Below are positions 1-15,181 of a DNA stretch of 64,000 nt, in pieces. The notes under the pieces are model-generated. The model saw only the letters and a program-made list of their open reading frames with translations, ran no database searches and was not told the DNA's origin. The first letter of the stretch is position 1. The number at the start of each line of letters is the position of its first letter. The position numbers were made by a program, and so were the translations under genes. Origin of the DNA: Eledone cirrhosa (taxonomy: Eukaryota); contig OZ024757.1 of assembly GCA_964016885.1 (NCBI GenBank), positions 42,532,001 to 42,596,000 on the forward strand, given 5' to 3'.

Positions 1-138
1 ACCTTATTTCTCATTCTTTTTTCTGATGAAGGACTAGCGTCCGAAACGTTAAGACCCTCTTCCTGCTATATCAAACGTTAACCTAATATATCCCTTCCAT
101 ATACTGTACCGATTGTGTTGTTATTTCTGTTTACCTTC
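1..138 (+). mobile_element. Penelope-like pseudo-LTR fragment with minimal hammerhead motif (19-54)
   Basis: CTGATGA-A-GGAC-TAGC-GTCC-GAAACGTT-AAGA; same family at ~12067-12172 (+, truncated) and ~21001-21220 (-). Confidence 0.7.
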
Positions 139-1085
139 AGCCACAGGAAACAAGTACCACCAATCTCTGGGAGGGCCCTGTAGAAACAGTAGATAGCTTC
201 TGCTACCTAGGTGACCGAATTAGCAGCGGAGGTGGGTGTTCAGAAAGTACAATAACTAGGGTAAGAACGGGATGGAAGAAGTTTAAGGAACTACTACCAC
301 TGCTAGCTGCAAAAGGCTTCTCCCTCAGAATGAAAGGCAGACTGTATTATGCGTGTATCCGAACAGCGATGTTGCATGGTAGTGAGACCTGGACGCTGAA
401 GGTGGAAGACTTACGTAGATTAGAGAGAAACGAAGCCTGCATGCTCCGATGGATGTGTAACAGTAATATACGTGAACGACAAAGCATAAATGAATTGAGA
501 GAGAGACTGAGCATAAGAGGAATCAAATGCTGTGTGCAGGAGAGGCGGCTGCGCTGGTATGGACATGTGATGCGTATGAAGGATGACAGCTGCATAAAAA
601 GGTGCAGAGCACTAGAAGTTGATGGAAACCGCGGAGTGGGGAGACTCAAGATGACCTGGGATGAGGTGATAAAAGCCGACCTTACCCAATTACACCTCTC
701 AAAGACAATGACACACGACCGTGACTTCTGGCGTCACGCAGTAATACAGAGTACCCGACATCCCATGGGTACAAGCTGAAGCATATAGACAATATGCCCC
801 CACACCCTCCCACCGCAAGGTGGTCGTGGAGGTGCCACGGCAAAAAAGCACCCAGCCCACACTGTAAAGTGGACGTGTAGGCGCCACGAAAAAGCACCCA
901 GCACTCACTGTAAATGAGGTTGGTGTTAGGAAGGGCATCCAGCTGTAGAAATCAAGCCAAATCAGTTCCTGTATGAGCAAGGCATGGTCAGCCGACCAGA
1001 CACTGCCCACAACAGGACAACCCGTCTCACCCATGCTAGCGTGGAAGAACGGACGTAAAACGGTGATGATGATGATGATGATGAT
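139..1085 (+). mobile_element. RTE-like LINE 3' fragment
   Basis: VDSFCYLG...MLHGSETW...[11 protein letters not shown], 3' UTR and (GAT)n tail. Confidence 0.9.
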
Positions 1086-1187
1086 TAGATAACTTAATCA
1101 ATGAAACAATTAATACTGTAAATAAAACCCTTTTTGTGCTGTTGACCATGTTATTCTTCACTCTTTCACTATATATATATATATATA

Positions 1188-1232
<45 letters not shown>

Positions 1233-1242
1233 ATATATATAT

Positions 1243-1752
1243 GTGATGCGTATGAAGGATGACAGCTGCATAAAAAGGTGCAGAGCACTAGAAGTTGATG
1301 GAAACCGCGGAGTGGGGAGACCCAAGATGACCTGGGATGAGGTGATAAAAGCCGACCTTACCCAATTACACCTCTCAAAGGCAATTACACACGACCGTGA
1401 CTTCTGGCGTCACGCAGTAATACAGAGTACCCGACCTCCCATGGGTACAAGCTGAAGCATATAGACAATATGCCCCCCACACCCTCCCACCGCAAGGTGG
1501 TCGTGGAGGTGCCACGGCAAAAAAGCACCCAGCCCACACTGTAAAGTGGACGTGTAGGCAAAAAAGCACCCAGCACTCACTGTAAATGAGGTTGGTGTTA
1601 GGAAGGGCATCCAGCTGTAGAAATCAAGCCAAATGAGTTCCTGTATGAGCAAGGCATGGTCAGCCGACCAGACACTGCCCACAACAGGACAACCCGTCTA
1701 ACCCATGCTAGCGTGGAAGAACGGACGTAAAACGGTGATGATTATGATGATA
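1243..1752 (+). mobile_element. Near-identical second copy of the RTE-like 3' end
   Basis: Duplicates ~567-1080; begins directly after (TA)n; (GAT)n tail. Confidence 0.9.
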
Positions 1753-1828
1753 TATATAGAGAGAGAAAGATGGATTTATGAAGAGAAATTAAATGATTTT
1801 TTTTGTTTTGCTTTATTTATCTTTTCAG

Positions 1829-1994
1829 AGATCATTGCCATTTCATTCAGTTGTGTCTAAACATTCTGGGTACTCACCTCTCTCTTGCTCAAGCCAGTGG
1901 TGTTTCCAAGGGAATCCTCGGAGATCATTCTCGACCATTCCGGAACTTACTCTTTCGTCTACTCGATATCGATACACCTCCATCGGTGCAACAG
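1829..1994 (+). CDS. HERC1: HERC1 exon
   Basis: AG/GT; [20 protein letters not shown]. Confidence 0.9.
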
Positions 1995-3564
1995 GTGACC
2001 CATGCTTCATTTATTCCTCACTTCTTTTCACCATGTCACACATCACAAACATCATCGTCGGATCGGATCGGGCGAATTGCCTGGACCAGCTCCAGTCTCC
2101 CTCTCCTAATGCCCCGTCCTCCGTCGTTGTTTTCATGTCTTCAATTGTTAGACTAACATCTTTAGTCAGTTGGTTGATATGTCATCTGAGGATGCTCGAT
2201 GTGAGAGTGTTCATGGGTTTATATCCACAAAAGAAGACTAATAAGCTTGTCTTTGCTTTCAGTAGCAGGGCCCAGCGCTTCTTATCTTTCTTTCCCTAAC
2301 TAAAGCTGGTACAGGAAGGATCTGACCATATAGTTCTTCTTTCAAGGAATTCTGCTTCCAGGACCTGTTCAACACTGTGCAACATTTGGGTGTATGTCCC
2401 ATCAAGCTTCTTCTCTCATCTAATCTAAAGTCATTGTCCATGCTAAGGAGTTATACAAAAGAACTGACTACAACTACATCACATACAACCTTGTATAGTT
2501 ATATACATACACTAATGTGCACTGCAATAGATATTGTAAATACACTTTCTAAACAGGAGGGATTGATGTATTAATATAATTATATGCTGTTAATGTATAG
2601 TATTTCAATTAATTAATGAAGAATATACTAAAATTATTAATTATTTCATTAGTAAGATAGCAACTTAATGTAAGGTTCTTATATAGAACCAGAGCTGGTT
2701 TTTGGCCAGGTTGTTATCAAGAGGGTGAACTGAAGAATGTGTCTGAGAGCCAGTTGTGTGTTTAACTAAAATGTGTTGTTCTTTATTTCAGGCTGTGATA
2801 GAAACCTTATCAATTGGTGCCCCCTTATTATTACCACCACTGAAGGAGAGAATGGAACTACTTCATTCCTTGCTCCCACAAGGCAGCGATAGATGGGAAA
2901 CACTATCTAGGGGCCAGGTAATGTTATCACATATTTCTACAGTATTTAGGGACCAGTTAACATTATCACATATTTCTACATTATTTAGGGACCACATAAC
3001 ATTGTATATTTCTTCATTATCACATATTTAGGGGTCAGGTCACAACAGTGTATATTTCTACATATGTAGGGACCACATAACATCATGGGAAACGATGATA
3101 ATGGTGATGATGATGTATATATTGTATGTCTTTTCTCTTCAGCGTATGCAACTTGACATCATTCTTGCGAGCCTTCAAGACAATTCCCACATCGCGTCCC
3201 TTCTCGGATTTGCTGAGCCATTTGACTCCACAATATCTACCAGTCCAGACTACGACAACACCATGGATGTTGAACTAGCTGAAGTATTAATGAAAACCGT
3301 CTTAAGGACACTTACTTTCCATACTGTACGATAATGTTTCACTCTTTCACTTTTTTTGTTCCTTTACTGGTTTCAATCATTAGACTGGCCATGCTGGGGC
3401 ACCACCTTAAAGGAATATTAGTCAACCCCAGTACTTATTTCTTTTCTAAAGCCTGGTTGTGCTTATTTTATCAATCTCTTTTTGTTGAACTGCTAAGTTA
3501 TGGGACATAAACACACACACACACACAGATACAATCTTTCTCTATCTGTCTCTCTTCCTCTTTT

Positions 3565-3640
<76 letters not shown>

Positions 3641-6600
3641 TATACATCTTCATGGAGATGATGATAAATAGTATCAACAATGGAAAGAGCAAGGAAACAT
3701 TGTTTCCTTGCTCTGATCTTACAGTTAACTTCTTTTCCTATTTTTTAAACAATCAATCATTCCCTTCAACATTTCTGGCCATGTTCCTATATAAGAAATA
3801 AATATTTAGTACAGTTCCACCTCTATGTGTTCAGTTTGTAGATGGACTCACTACCATAAGGTTGTGGTTCAATTCCTGGACTGATCAATATAGAATAGTT
3901 TTAATATCTTTGCTAAGAGTGTTTGATTGATTTTTTTTTTATCCTTCCTTGTTGTTTTTCTTTGTTGTTGCAGGTACAGGCTTTGAATGAAATAAAGAAG
4001 AACAGTGATAAAGCTTTACAGTTGTTGTGTGTTGACAACAGCTCCCCACCCCACCACCTACACAGCTTATTGTCGTCCTTGCACAAACATTTGCTAGCTT
4101 ATTGTCGCAACAATTCAGAAAATAATGACATGGTATGTAAACTCCAGTCAAACTTAACCCTTTCGTGATGCATTTCTAATGAAATACACTCTATTTTAAT
4201 TAATTAATGAAGAATTATTTCATTACTAAGGTAGTAACTTAATATATGGCTCTTATATAAAATTACGTTGGAAAAATTAAAAAGGAACCCTCTATTTCAG
4301 TTAATTAATGAAGAATTTTGAGGGATTTGCTAAAATTGTTAATTATTTCATTACTAAGATAACTTAACATAGGGTTCTTATGTATAAATTATGTTGGAAG
4401 ATTTTAATTTAAATAGGAACCCTTTATTTCAATTAATTAATGAAGAATTTTAGAAGAGATGGATGTTATCCTTGCCATTGCTACTTCCTTATTTGCAATA
4501 ATTAATGTTGTGTGAAATGATTCTGTGAGTGACAGTGACTGGGATAGAACTACAGAACTACTAGAGAGTTAACATTTATTTCACTTTGTATTTCAGTCAA
4601 GTGCTGGATCAGTACTTCACCGCCACTTGTCATTAATGCTGCCACTCTCTGGAGAAATTCTCACATGCTGTTCCCACATGATAGCAGACATACAAGATAA
4701 CTCCTCGCTCTTGAAGAAAGTTGGAGGTAAGTAAATCACTTCTTTCTTTTTTGTCAAGTTGGTATTTAATCGGAGAAGCTACTGAGTGGCCACTCTCAGA
4801 TATGCTAGGGCTGCATCTCATTTGCATACATACCTGCATTTTACAGAGTGTACCGGGTGTATTTTATCATGTCACCAGCACTCAAGAAGTTGTCATATCG
4901 TTGACTCAAAAAAGGAGTCCTCTTGACCTTTTTTTTCTTTTGGCATGGTTTCTACAGCTAGCTGCCCTTCCTACCACCAACCACATTACAGGGTGTACTG
5001 GGTGCATTTTATTGTGTCACCAACACTAGAGAGTTTGTTGGGGCCCTTGACGTATACCTGAAAAAAAAAACCTATTTTTCGAGATGATTTCTACAGCTGG
5101 CTGCCCTTCCTTTCACCGTCTGGGTAAATTATAACATTGTTGTATATATTCTTGTATTTTCAGAAATCTTGTTTGATTCCCCTGCTGGTGCCATGTTAGT
5201 CCACGTAATCTATGCATTATTGTTGCTTCCTCAACACTCAGCCCTCACCCCGTTGCTACACGATCTGCTTAACTTCCTGCCATGTCTTGATAAAATCAAC
5301 CGCAACCTCTTAGCTTATCAAATTATTGAAGAATACCCCCAACAGTCTGATCTACCCGGTGAGTTTAACCATTTAAACATTTTTGTCAACGTATTTCTAA
5401 TAAAATGCACTCTATCTAAATTAATTAATTAAAAAAATTTTGAGGTATTTATTAAAATTATTATTTCATTACTAAGATAGTAATTTAACATATGGTTATT
5501 TTATAAAACTATATTAGATTTTGATTAAAATAAGAACTGGTTGCTATCAAAAGGGTTAACCCTTTTCCCAACCATATTTCTAAAGAAATTCACTCTGTTT
5601 CAATATTTTAATGAAGTTTTCTAAAAGATTTTGTCTGTTGTCCAGAATCTCAATGTCCAGCTGTATCGCAGTGGTCATGGTTACTTGACCTAGAGAGGTC
5701 ATGTTCCCTGTTAGTTGGTCGGTCATTACATACTCTATTACTCGGTCCACCTCTGTCCAGTTCGGAGAAAGTCAATACAATTTGGCTGGAGAGCCGTCTC
5801 TTCAGCAATGGCCTTGAAAGACGAGCTTCCGACTTAGGTAAGACATAGTTTCCTTCCTCCTTCTCCTCCTTCTCTCTCTCATACACTCTCCTCCCCCTCT
5901 ACCACACCCTTTTCTTGTGTCTATTATATCACCACACCCTCTCACTCCCCTGTCTCTACTATATAACCACACTCCGCCCTCCTCTGTTATCACACTACAA
6001 CCACACCTTCACTTCAATCACCACTCTATAACCACACCCCTCTCACCCATCACCACTCTATAACCACACCCCTCTCACCCATCACCACTCTATAACCACA
6101 CCCCTGTCACCCATCATCACTCTATAACCGCACCCATCACCACTATAACCACACCCCTCTCACCCATCACCACTCTATAACCACACCCCTTTCACCCATC
6201 ACCACTCTATAACCACACCCCTCTCACCCATCACTCTATAACCACACCCTCTCACCCATCCCCACCCATAACCACACCACTCTATAACCACACCCCTCTC
6301 ACCCGTCACCACTCTATAATCACACCCCTCTCATCTGTCATCACTATCACCACTCTATAACCACACCCCTCTCACCCATCACCACTCTATAACCACACCC
6401 CTCTCACCCATCACCACTCTATAACCACACCCCTCTCAACCATCACCACTCTATAACCACACCCCTCCCACCTGTCACCACTCTATAACCACACCCCTCT
6501 CATCTGTCATCACTATAACCACACCCCTCTCACCCATCACCACTCTATAACCACACCCTTCTCACCCATCACCACTCTATAACCACACCCTTCTCACCCG

Positions 6601-9600
6601 TCACCACTCTATAACCACACCCTTCTCACCCGTCACCACTCTATAACCACACCCCTCTCATCTGTCATCACTATAACCACACCCCTATCACCCATCACCA
6701 CTCTATAACCACACCCCTCTCATCCATCACCACTCTATAACCACACCCCTCTCATCCATCACCACTCTATAACCACACCTCTCCCTCTGTCTCTCTCCAG
6801 ATATGATCATCCATGACAGCATGTGTTCAATGCTGTCATCAAAGCCATCTGAAGCCAACATTCCTGAAGACCTCAACTTCGATGTTGACACCATATTCCT
6901 GCTGGAACTCGGTCAAGGGATCCCCAAAGAACCAGTGCAACATGTACAGCAGATGATGTTTGAGTATGCTGAGAAGAAAGGTCAGTTAACTCGCCTTTAT
7001 ATTTGTTAATGTTGTTATGTAGATCATTCAGGCTTATATCTGTCCCCAAACATCTATATTCTATCTTCTTCAGACTGGGATACATGTGAAATGAAAGATG
7101 ATTCCCTGGATACTATATCCAGGTTCTTACTGGCAGCTTTATTAAAACACTGCGACCTCCTCGCCACAGCACAGTCCACTGAGAGGTAACTTGATTTTTA
7201 AACATTTTATTTTATTTTCTAATAAATGACTGATAAGTTTCAGAAAGCTGGTACATCATCATTTAATGTCCATTTTTCCATGCTAGCATGAGTTAAAGTT
7301 GTCCTATTCTGAGACAAGTCAGATCAGATGACCATGTTTTGCTCATACAAAACTGTTTCTGGCTTAGTTTCTATGGCTGGATGCCCTTCTTAACGCCAAG
7401 CACACTTTACATTGTGGACTGGGTGCTTTTTATCGTGCTACCAACACGACCACTTTACGGTACTATGTGGTAGAAATATATAAAGGGTAAATGATGAGAA
7501 ATAAAACAAAACAAAGTAATGTTTTACCCAGTATATTTCAGCATGATATTTCCGAGCTATTACCCTCTTTTCAAAGGATGACAAATAAAACATTATTTAG
7601 TTTTGTTTTATTTATCATCCTTTGCCCTTTATATATTTCTACTGCATTGTATCGGCTTTTTGAAACTTACCAATCATTTATTACATTCCTTACAATGTTT
7701 TGTATTAACTATACACTCAGTGGAACGTGAGACCGTACATTAGCGAAACTCAGATTCCTGGCCAGCCTGGGAGATCAGTGGCTCTGCTTCATTACTGATT
7801 TGGTTTGTATGGACATGTCCAACCCTTGCTAGCAGGTAAATGCAGATGTTAAAACAATGATGATGATGTATTTCACTAAAAGCTAAAATTCTGTCTATTA
7901 TTTCTGTTCATGTTTTAGACCCAACCGTAGTCTTGTGATGGCGTATCGACTGGTTTACCAAGCACGGAGCCGTCTTATCGGATATAAATTGTCTCCAAAC
8001 CAGGCCCCAAAATTCACTGGATTGTTGCACTCCAACAGAATAACTACACATAAACGGGGTCACCGTTTATCAGAAGAAGAAGAAAGCAGGGAAGTTGTTA
8101 AAAGTGAGGAAGGACTAGAGAAACAGAAAGGTGTTGTATTGGGGCTGTCCCCTTTATTTATTGTTGTAAGAAACTGGATTAAAGGGGACACTCTTTGTGT
8201 TGTTGTTGGGGGTGGTGGTGTTGGTGGTCTCTTGTCAGACTGCTATGTTATGGGACATAGACACATACAGATACAGACATGGATGTTTATATACATATAT
8301 TTATCATATAACACATTATCATAAGTGTGTGTGTGTATATATATACACATATATATAAATATATATTATCACTGTTTAACACCCATGTTTCCATGCTAGC
8401 ATGCGCTAGACGTGTTGTCCCATTCTTAGACAAGTCAGGTAGAAGCTATTTCTATATTAAATTGTGTTATATATATATATACATACATTCTTATATGTAT
8501 TCTTGTGACTGTCATATTGAAAGGGAGCTAACAGTATACAGTAATATATATATATATCCTTCAGTTTCTATGTCTTCTTCTAATTCCATGTGTTCCTCTT
8601 CTGACTCTATATTGTTCTCTTCACAGATGAGGCTGACACTACCAGTGGCACACAGTTGAAAGAATCTCCCAGTGACAGTTCCTTTGATGATATCTGTCGT
8701 ACTTGGTTGGAAAGATGTGTGTTTCTCATTATTGGAGTAAGACAACCTTTAGCAGGTAAACTGTCCTTCAGGTTCTCTCCTTGTTTATCTCTTCTAATAT
8801 TTAACCTTTACTTTCATCATCATGTGACGACAGCCAGGGCCGGGTTTACCACTGTGCTTAGGTGCGCCTAAGCACAGGGCCCCGTTAGCCAGAGACGTCC
8901 ATCTTCCAGCCCCAAAAAATGTTTACTTCCTACAGGGCCCAAGTAAGGAGCCTCATAACTTAACTAGCACAGGGCCTCATTTGTCCTAAATCTAGCACTG
9001 CAGATAGCCTAGTGGTGAGGGTTCAATTCCTGGGTTGTATATTGTGTTCTTGAGCAAAACACTTTATTTCACATTGCTCCAATATACTCAGCTGAAAATG
9101 AGTACCAGCAATAGCTTAGGGTTTAACCCTGTGATGGACTAGCGTCCTGTCCTGGTGGGAGTCTTGAATTCTCAGACACTTAATGCCATGGAAACCGGGA
9201 TAAGCACCAGATTTCTGGGCTTCAGACAGACTTTATTTCATCATCAACAACAACATTGTTTAATGTCTGTTTCCCTGCTAGCAAAGATTGGACATATCAC
9301 AGACTGGTCAGTACTCAAACAGATCCTCTGAGCTCCAGCTGGTCTTTGTCTCATTCTCTCTATTTATATATATGTTGTCTGTTTTCAGATGAAGAACTTG
9401 TCTTGTCAGATACAATCTACGGCAGTCGGTCCCACGTATCACAAGGTAGGTAACTTTATATTTACTATTTAATGTCATGGCGATATGATGACCTAAACTT
9501 GTTCCTATTTACTGACACATAGGCACTACACAACACTACACCCTATACTATCTTATACTACACAACACTACACCCTATACTATCTTATACTACACAACAC

Positions 9601-10678
9601 TATATACATCTATCCTCTCTCTATACACATGCACACACATATATATATGTACAGGGTGTCCCCAAAAAATGTATTCACACATGCATGTCTTTTTCTCTCT
9701 CTATCAATCTACAAAGCACCATACAACACAACACAGCACCACACTACACAACACAACACAACACAGCACCACACCATTTAACTACACTGTGTCTCACCAT
9801 ATCACACCACACATGAAACTGACCTAGGGTTACACAACCATCCAGTCATCTTGGATACCAAACTTTAACCCTTTACCATTTACATTACTCTATATTTACT
9901 ATTGTATTTTTGTGATAAAGGCTTTACCTCACATAATATCAAATCTATGAGATTTTGATATCATTCATTTTAAGAACAATACCTTAACATCAGTATGAGC
10001 AGCCAGTTTGAACAGAACGAGGTGAGAGAATCCAGGCTGAATATGGCTGGTTTAAATGCTAAAGGGTTAAATACACGAAAGTCATTATTTTATGAAATAA
10101 AAATTGTTTTTATGTTGTTTTTTTTCTGAAGTTTAACTTTCTATTTTGTTTGTTATCAGAGCACAATACGGAGAGACGACTTTATTTGTCTCCCAGGAAG
10201 AATAAGAAGTCTGTCACACGAACCAGTAGCTCTCCTAACTTATGTTGTTTGAATGACATTGAGGAATCAAATGGTGAAAATGAAGCTGGGAGTGAAGTTA
10301 GTCTCTGAAGTTGTTATCTTAAACCTTTTAATAAATACCAAGACCCTTCAATGGCCCCTGCTTATATGACACAATATTGTACTGTGTGTATCATCATCAT
10401 CTTTATCAAGAGTGCGACTTGTATATATTTATCTAAAATCCTTATAACTTCATTTTTACGAAGGAAGCAAAATATAAATCTGTTATGAGCAATGACATAG
10501 TCATCTGACCTGACTTGTCTCATAACATAAGAACCCATCTTAACCCAGGCAAATGTGGAAAAAATAGACATTAAACCATGATGATGATGAGAAGGAACCT
10601 ATGTTATGTTCCAAACACCAGAATAATGATGGCTGTTAATTTGATAAGATGTTAGCCATGCAAGATATTTTTTCAAAT

Positions 10679-10718
<40 letters not shown>

Positions 10719-12170
10719 CCACACTCATACACATATACTTACATGTATATATATATATCTAATGTTTATTTTGTAGACCTTTGGTAACGGAGGTCAGCGC
10801 TACACTACGGCACAGTGTAATGGAACTGCTACACCACTCTCTGGAGAAAGTAACTATATTGATATCACTCACTCTCTCTCACTCTGTCTCTATTTGCTCT
10901 ACTCTCGCAGTCTCTCTATATATTTACCATCATCTCTCTGTCTCTCTCACTCTCCAGATACCAGTATGGAGTCATTACAGAAAGTGAAAGAAATCTTGCG
11001 CCGTCTTCGTTGGCGTCAAGAGCGTGTTGGAGACATCACACCTGGCTACTTTGGTGAGGAGAACGAGCACCACACCTGTCGTAAAATGTGCATTAAGGAG
11101 CTGATGCTTGACATTTTCCATTTTGTGTGCGGTGAGCACATCATGTACCAGATGTACTTCGCTAAATCCCTGGAACACCAGCAAGAGAGGGCTCAGTCGA
11201 GGGTCGACTCCCTGCACCAGATTGTCGAGTTGTTGTCCACCGAGAAAGACAAGACGGCCAGCATCCGGCAATCGAGTATCGACAGCCAGGACAGCAATAA
11301 TGGTTCGACCCCGGAAGACTTCACACTGACTACTTTACTCAGTTCCGTACACCTACAGTTCCTGTCCGGCTGCTTTGGTCTGAGCTCGTTGCCGTTCGAA
11401 ACGACGTCGGCTCTGCCTGACGGAAGTCATTACCAGGACGGCATCAAGGCGGCACGAGCTCAAAGCCAACAAGAGGTCCAGTTGGCCGTCCACAGAATCT
11501 ATGAGCTGTTGGTTGGGGCACTGGTCACTACGTCCAAGTCTAAAACCCTGGAGGAGAGCACAAAACAGAAGCTGCTACTCTCCACCGTGCTGTCCATGAG
11601 CAACAAGTACTGCCCGGCAGACCTGTCCCTCGCCGTTTCCTGCGGTCAGTTGCTTCCCCTCCTCTACAGCCTCAGCGAGAACGCCCACACCGTGCCACTC
11701 ACCATGCAGATTCCACCGTCTTCCTTAAACTCCCTCCAGCTAAACAACATGCTCCAGCTGGGCAGTCAACACCTTCTACAGATTGTTGCTGTTGGTACGG
11801 GGATGTATGCTGAGAGACTCAGTGATGGAGTCATCCAGAATGTCGTTGATTTACTCTGGAAACAACTGGAGAAGCTTCTGTCCTCGGCAGTTTCTCACGG
11901 GAAAGACGTACAGCAAGGTAACGTTGACTTTTTACTTTCTTTCTATTTATCTATCTATCTATATACACACTAATATATAATGCTCTGAGTATATAAAAAG
12001 CATCCAGTCCACACTGTAAAGTGTACGTGTAAAAGACATGGCAAAAGGCACCCAGCACACTCTGTAGCGTCCAAAACATTAAGACCCTCTTCCTGCTATT
12101 TCAAGCGTTAACCTAATATATTCCTGCCATATACTGTACCGATCGTGTTGTTATTTCTGTTTACCTTTTA

Positions 12171-12219
<49 letters not shown>

Positions 12220-15134
12220 TTACCGAGAGTGAGGAATCAAAGCATATCACATATGTTTGATTTTTGTGCTTCTCAATAAACATTTGAATTATATATATAT
12301 ACTAACTCCGCTGTGCTATTCTGTGGAACCCGAGCTTCAAAGTGCTGTATATTGTCACTCTATCTTCCTAGTGCCATACTGCTCCATCCAGGCCACCCAG
12401 TTCTATAGTGTGTCACCCTATCTCCCCATTGCCATAGTGAGACAACCTCATTCCATATTTCCATACTGAGTCATTCAAAATGTCCAGTTCCATGGTGTGC
12501 CATCCGAGCTCCAAAGTGCCTTATTTTGTCACACTGCGACATCCTCGTTCCATATTTCCATACTGTGTCACTCAAGCTTCCCAGTGACATAGTATACCAC
12601 CCTAGCTCCGCAGTGCCATATTTGAAATAAAATATGAAAAAATTCTTAATTTATTTTAGTAATAATGGTGATTATTATGTTTGTCATAATTTATTAATTA
12701 TAAATGAAATGTGTAATTAATGATTAAATTATTTATCCAATTTCTAGAATCCTGTCCCAATCAAATAGCCATTGGTGATTTCTTAGTATTTCTTCGAAGA
12801 ATTGCAGCCTCAGTTCCAGTCCAATCCCGCTTGGCCTGTAAGAAATGGACCAGTGTTCTCCTGGATATTGCTGGGAAGTTTTCTGAGAAAGGTAACAACA
12901 GTTTTACCACCACCTGACTACCTTTTTGTTTTTGTTTTGTTTCGTTTTTTCACCTGGCCTAGTGGTTAGGGTGTTGGATTCACTATCGTATGGTTGAGGG
13001 TTCAATTCCTGTAACTGATGGCATGTTGTGTTCTTGTTATAACACTGGGCCTCTTATCATTAAAATATGTGTGAGCTGTAACAACATGATAGGACTGGGA
13101 CCCTTATCATTAAACCACCCGAGAAACATCCTATGAGATACACAACCTTGTAGGAGATTAGCTAAACCTACATAGGTGTGAGTTGTAGCAACAACATGAT
13201 AGGACTGGGACCTCTATCATTAAAACAGCCAAGATACAAACTTGTAGGAGGCCAGCTAAGCCTGCATGGGTGTGAACTGTAACATGATACAACTACCCAA
13301 GAAACGTTCATATGAAAAGGGTTAACCAATGTTGTTTGTTTCTTGTTCTAAAGGTTTACCATTAATCAGCAGCCTGAGAACCCGTCTTATTTCCCTACAT
13401 CTGCTTGCTGTCATTTTACCTGCCTGTCCTAAAGATCTGGAACGAGAATATTTCGATACCGTACGTACAATGGTTTTAGTTCTTTTCATTGTTGTTTTGG
13501 TGTTTGTTTTCTTTGAATGTCCCTTCAGGGTTAGGGCTAGGGAGTTAAAAGTTCCAGTTGAGAGTGGTGGGATTGGGGAATTGGGGGTGTGTGGTGTGCC
13601 AACAGATGTTTCTGACTGTTCCATCATACCACTGCTTCACCTCCAACTCATCCATTTCCCCACTCCTATATCATCCACTGTTCTACCCCGTAACTCATCT
13701 CTTTCTTTCTTTACCCCAGATTGTCCACCGGTTGTTTCACGACATGGCCCAGCACATGTGGTTTGTACCCGTGGTACTCGCCAACCAACAAACTCTGGCA
13801 CGCAAGAACGAACTGATGGAGAAAATCGATGAAGTGGAACAGACAGATTCGAGCAGCGGCTGCTCCATCTCCGCCAAGAAACAGGAGACCCTCACCAAAC
13901 AGAGCACCTCCTTCGACACTGATAAGACACTCTGCTGTAGTGTTGAAAACGGTCACACCCTCGTCCATGGGCCGGGCGGCAAAGGTTATGGTCTTGGCAA
14001 TATGCAAATTACATCTGGCTGTTATCAATGGAAGGTGAGATTGATGAATTAATGGGGTTTGTTTTTTTTTTAAATTGTTTTTGTTTTTATTTCTTTTGTA
14101 TATTTTGGAGGAGAACTGATAGTCAGTAGAGCATCGGTGTCTGTTTTGACTCTCTGTGTTCCGAGGTCGACTTTGCTGTAACTTCAACTTTTTAACACAT
14201 GATCGGAGCTGCACACAATCCTATCATTGAAACATCTGCAAAAAAACCTTGTATGTGATATAACTTTGTAGGAAGCCAGCTAAACCTACTTGGCTGTGAG
14301 CTGTAAAAACATGTTAGGACTGCGGCCCCTATCATTAAAACATCCTACGAAAACCTCCTTATAGATACAGCTTCATTGGAGGCCAGCTAAACCTACATAG
14401 GTGTGAGTCGTAACAATATGTTACACCTGGGACCTCTATTGTTAAAACACCCAAGAAACCTCATAGGAGGTCAGCTAAACCTATCTAGGTGTGAACTGTA
14501 ACAATAACAACAACATGATAGGACTGGGGGCCATATCATTAAAGCATCCAAGAGATCTCTGATGAAATAGAACCTTGTAGGAGGCCATCGAAACCTATAT
14601 ATATGTGTATATGATGGGACCGGGGCTCCTATTATTAAAATGCCCAAGAAACCTCATGGGAGGCCAGCTAAACCTACAAAGGTGTGAGCTATACATTTAA
14701 TTTTGTTTTATATATTTCAGTTCCTGATTGTGAAGGAGAACAGTGGCAATGAAGGAACATGTGTTGGTGTATCCCGGTGGCCTGTCACTGACTACTGTCA
14801 AAGTACGACCACCGATATGTGGCTATATCGGGCTTACAGTGGCAATGTTTATCATAACGGAGAACAAAGTGTCACATTGCCTGGTTATAGCCAAGGAGAT
14901 TACATCACAGTCCTGTTGGACATGGACGCTAGGACATTGTCTTTTGGAAAGAATGGAGAGGTAAGATTAATACTACTACTACTACTACTACTTTCATCTC
15001 ATTCTAAATAAACTGGAACTACATGAAATAAAGTGTCTTACTCAAGGACACAATGCATCATCCGGTCTGAGAATTGAATTCACAACCTCTCAATTGCAAG
15101 CCATGTGCCTTCATATATGTACATTATATATATG

Positions 15135-15181
<47 letters not shown>

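Noticed and set aside
12222-12285. Hammerhead-like hairpin (GTGAGGA-ATCAAAGCATAT/ATATGTTTGAT), related to ~39388-39440
   Set aside because: The first core base is altered and GAAA is missing; at best a dead remnant, so not counted.
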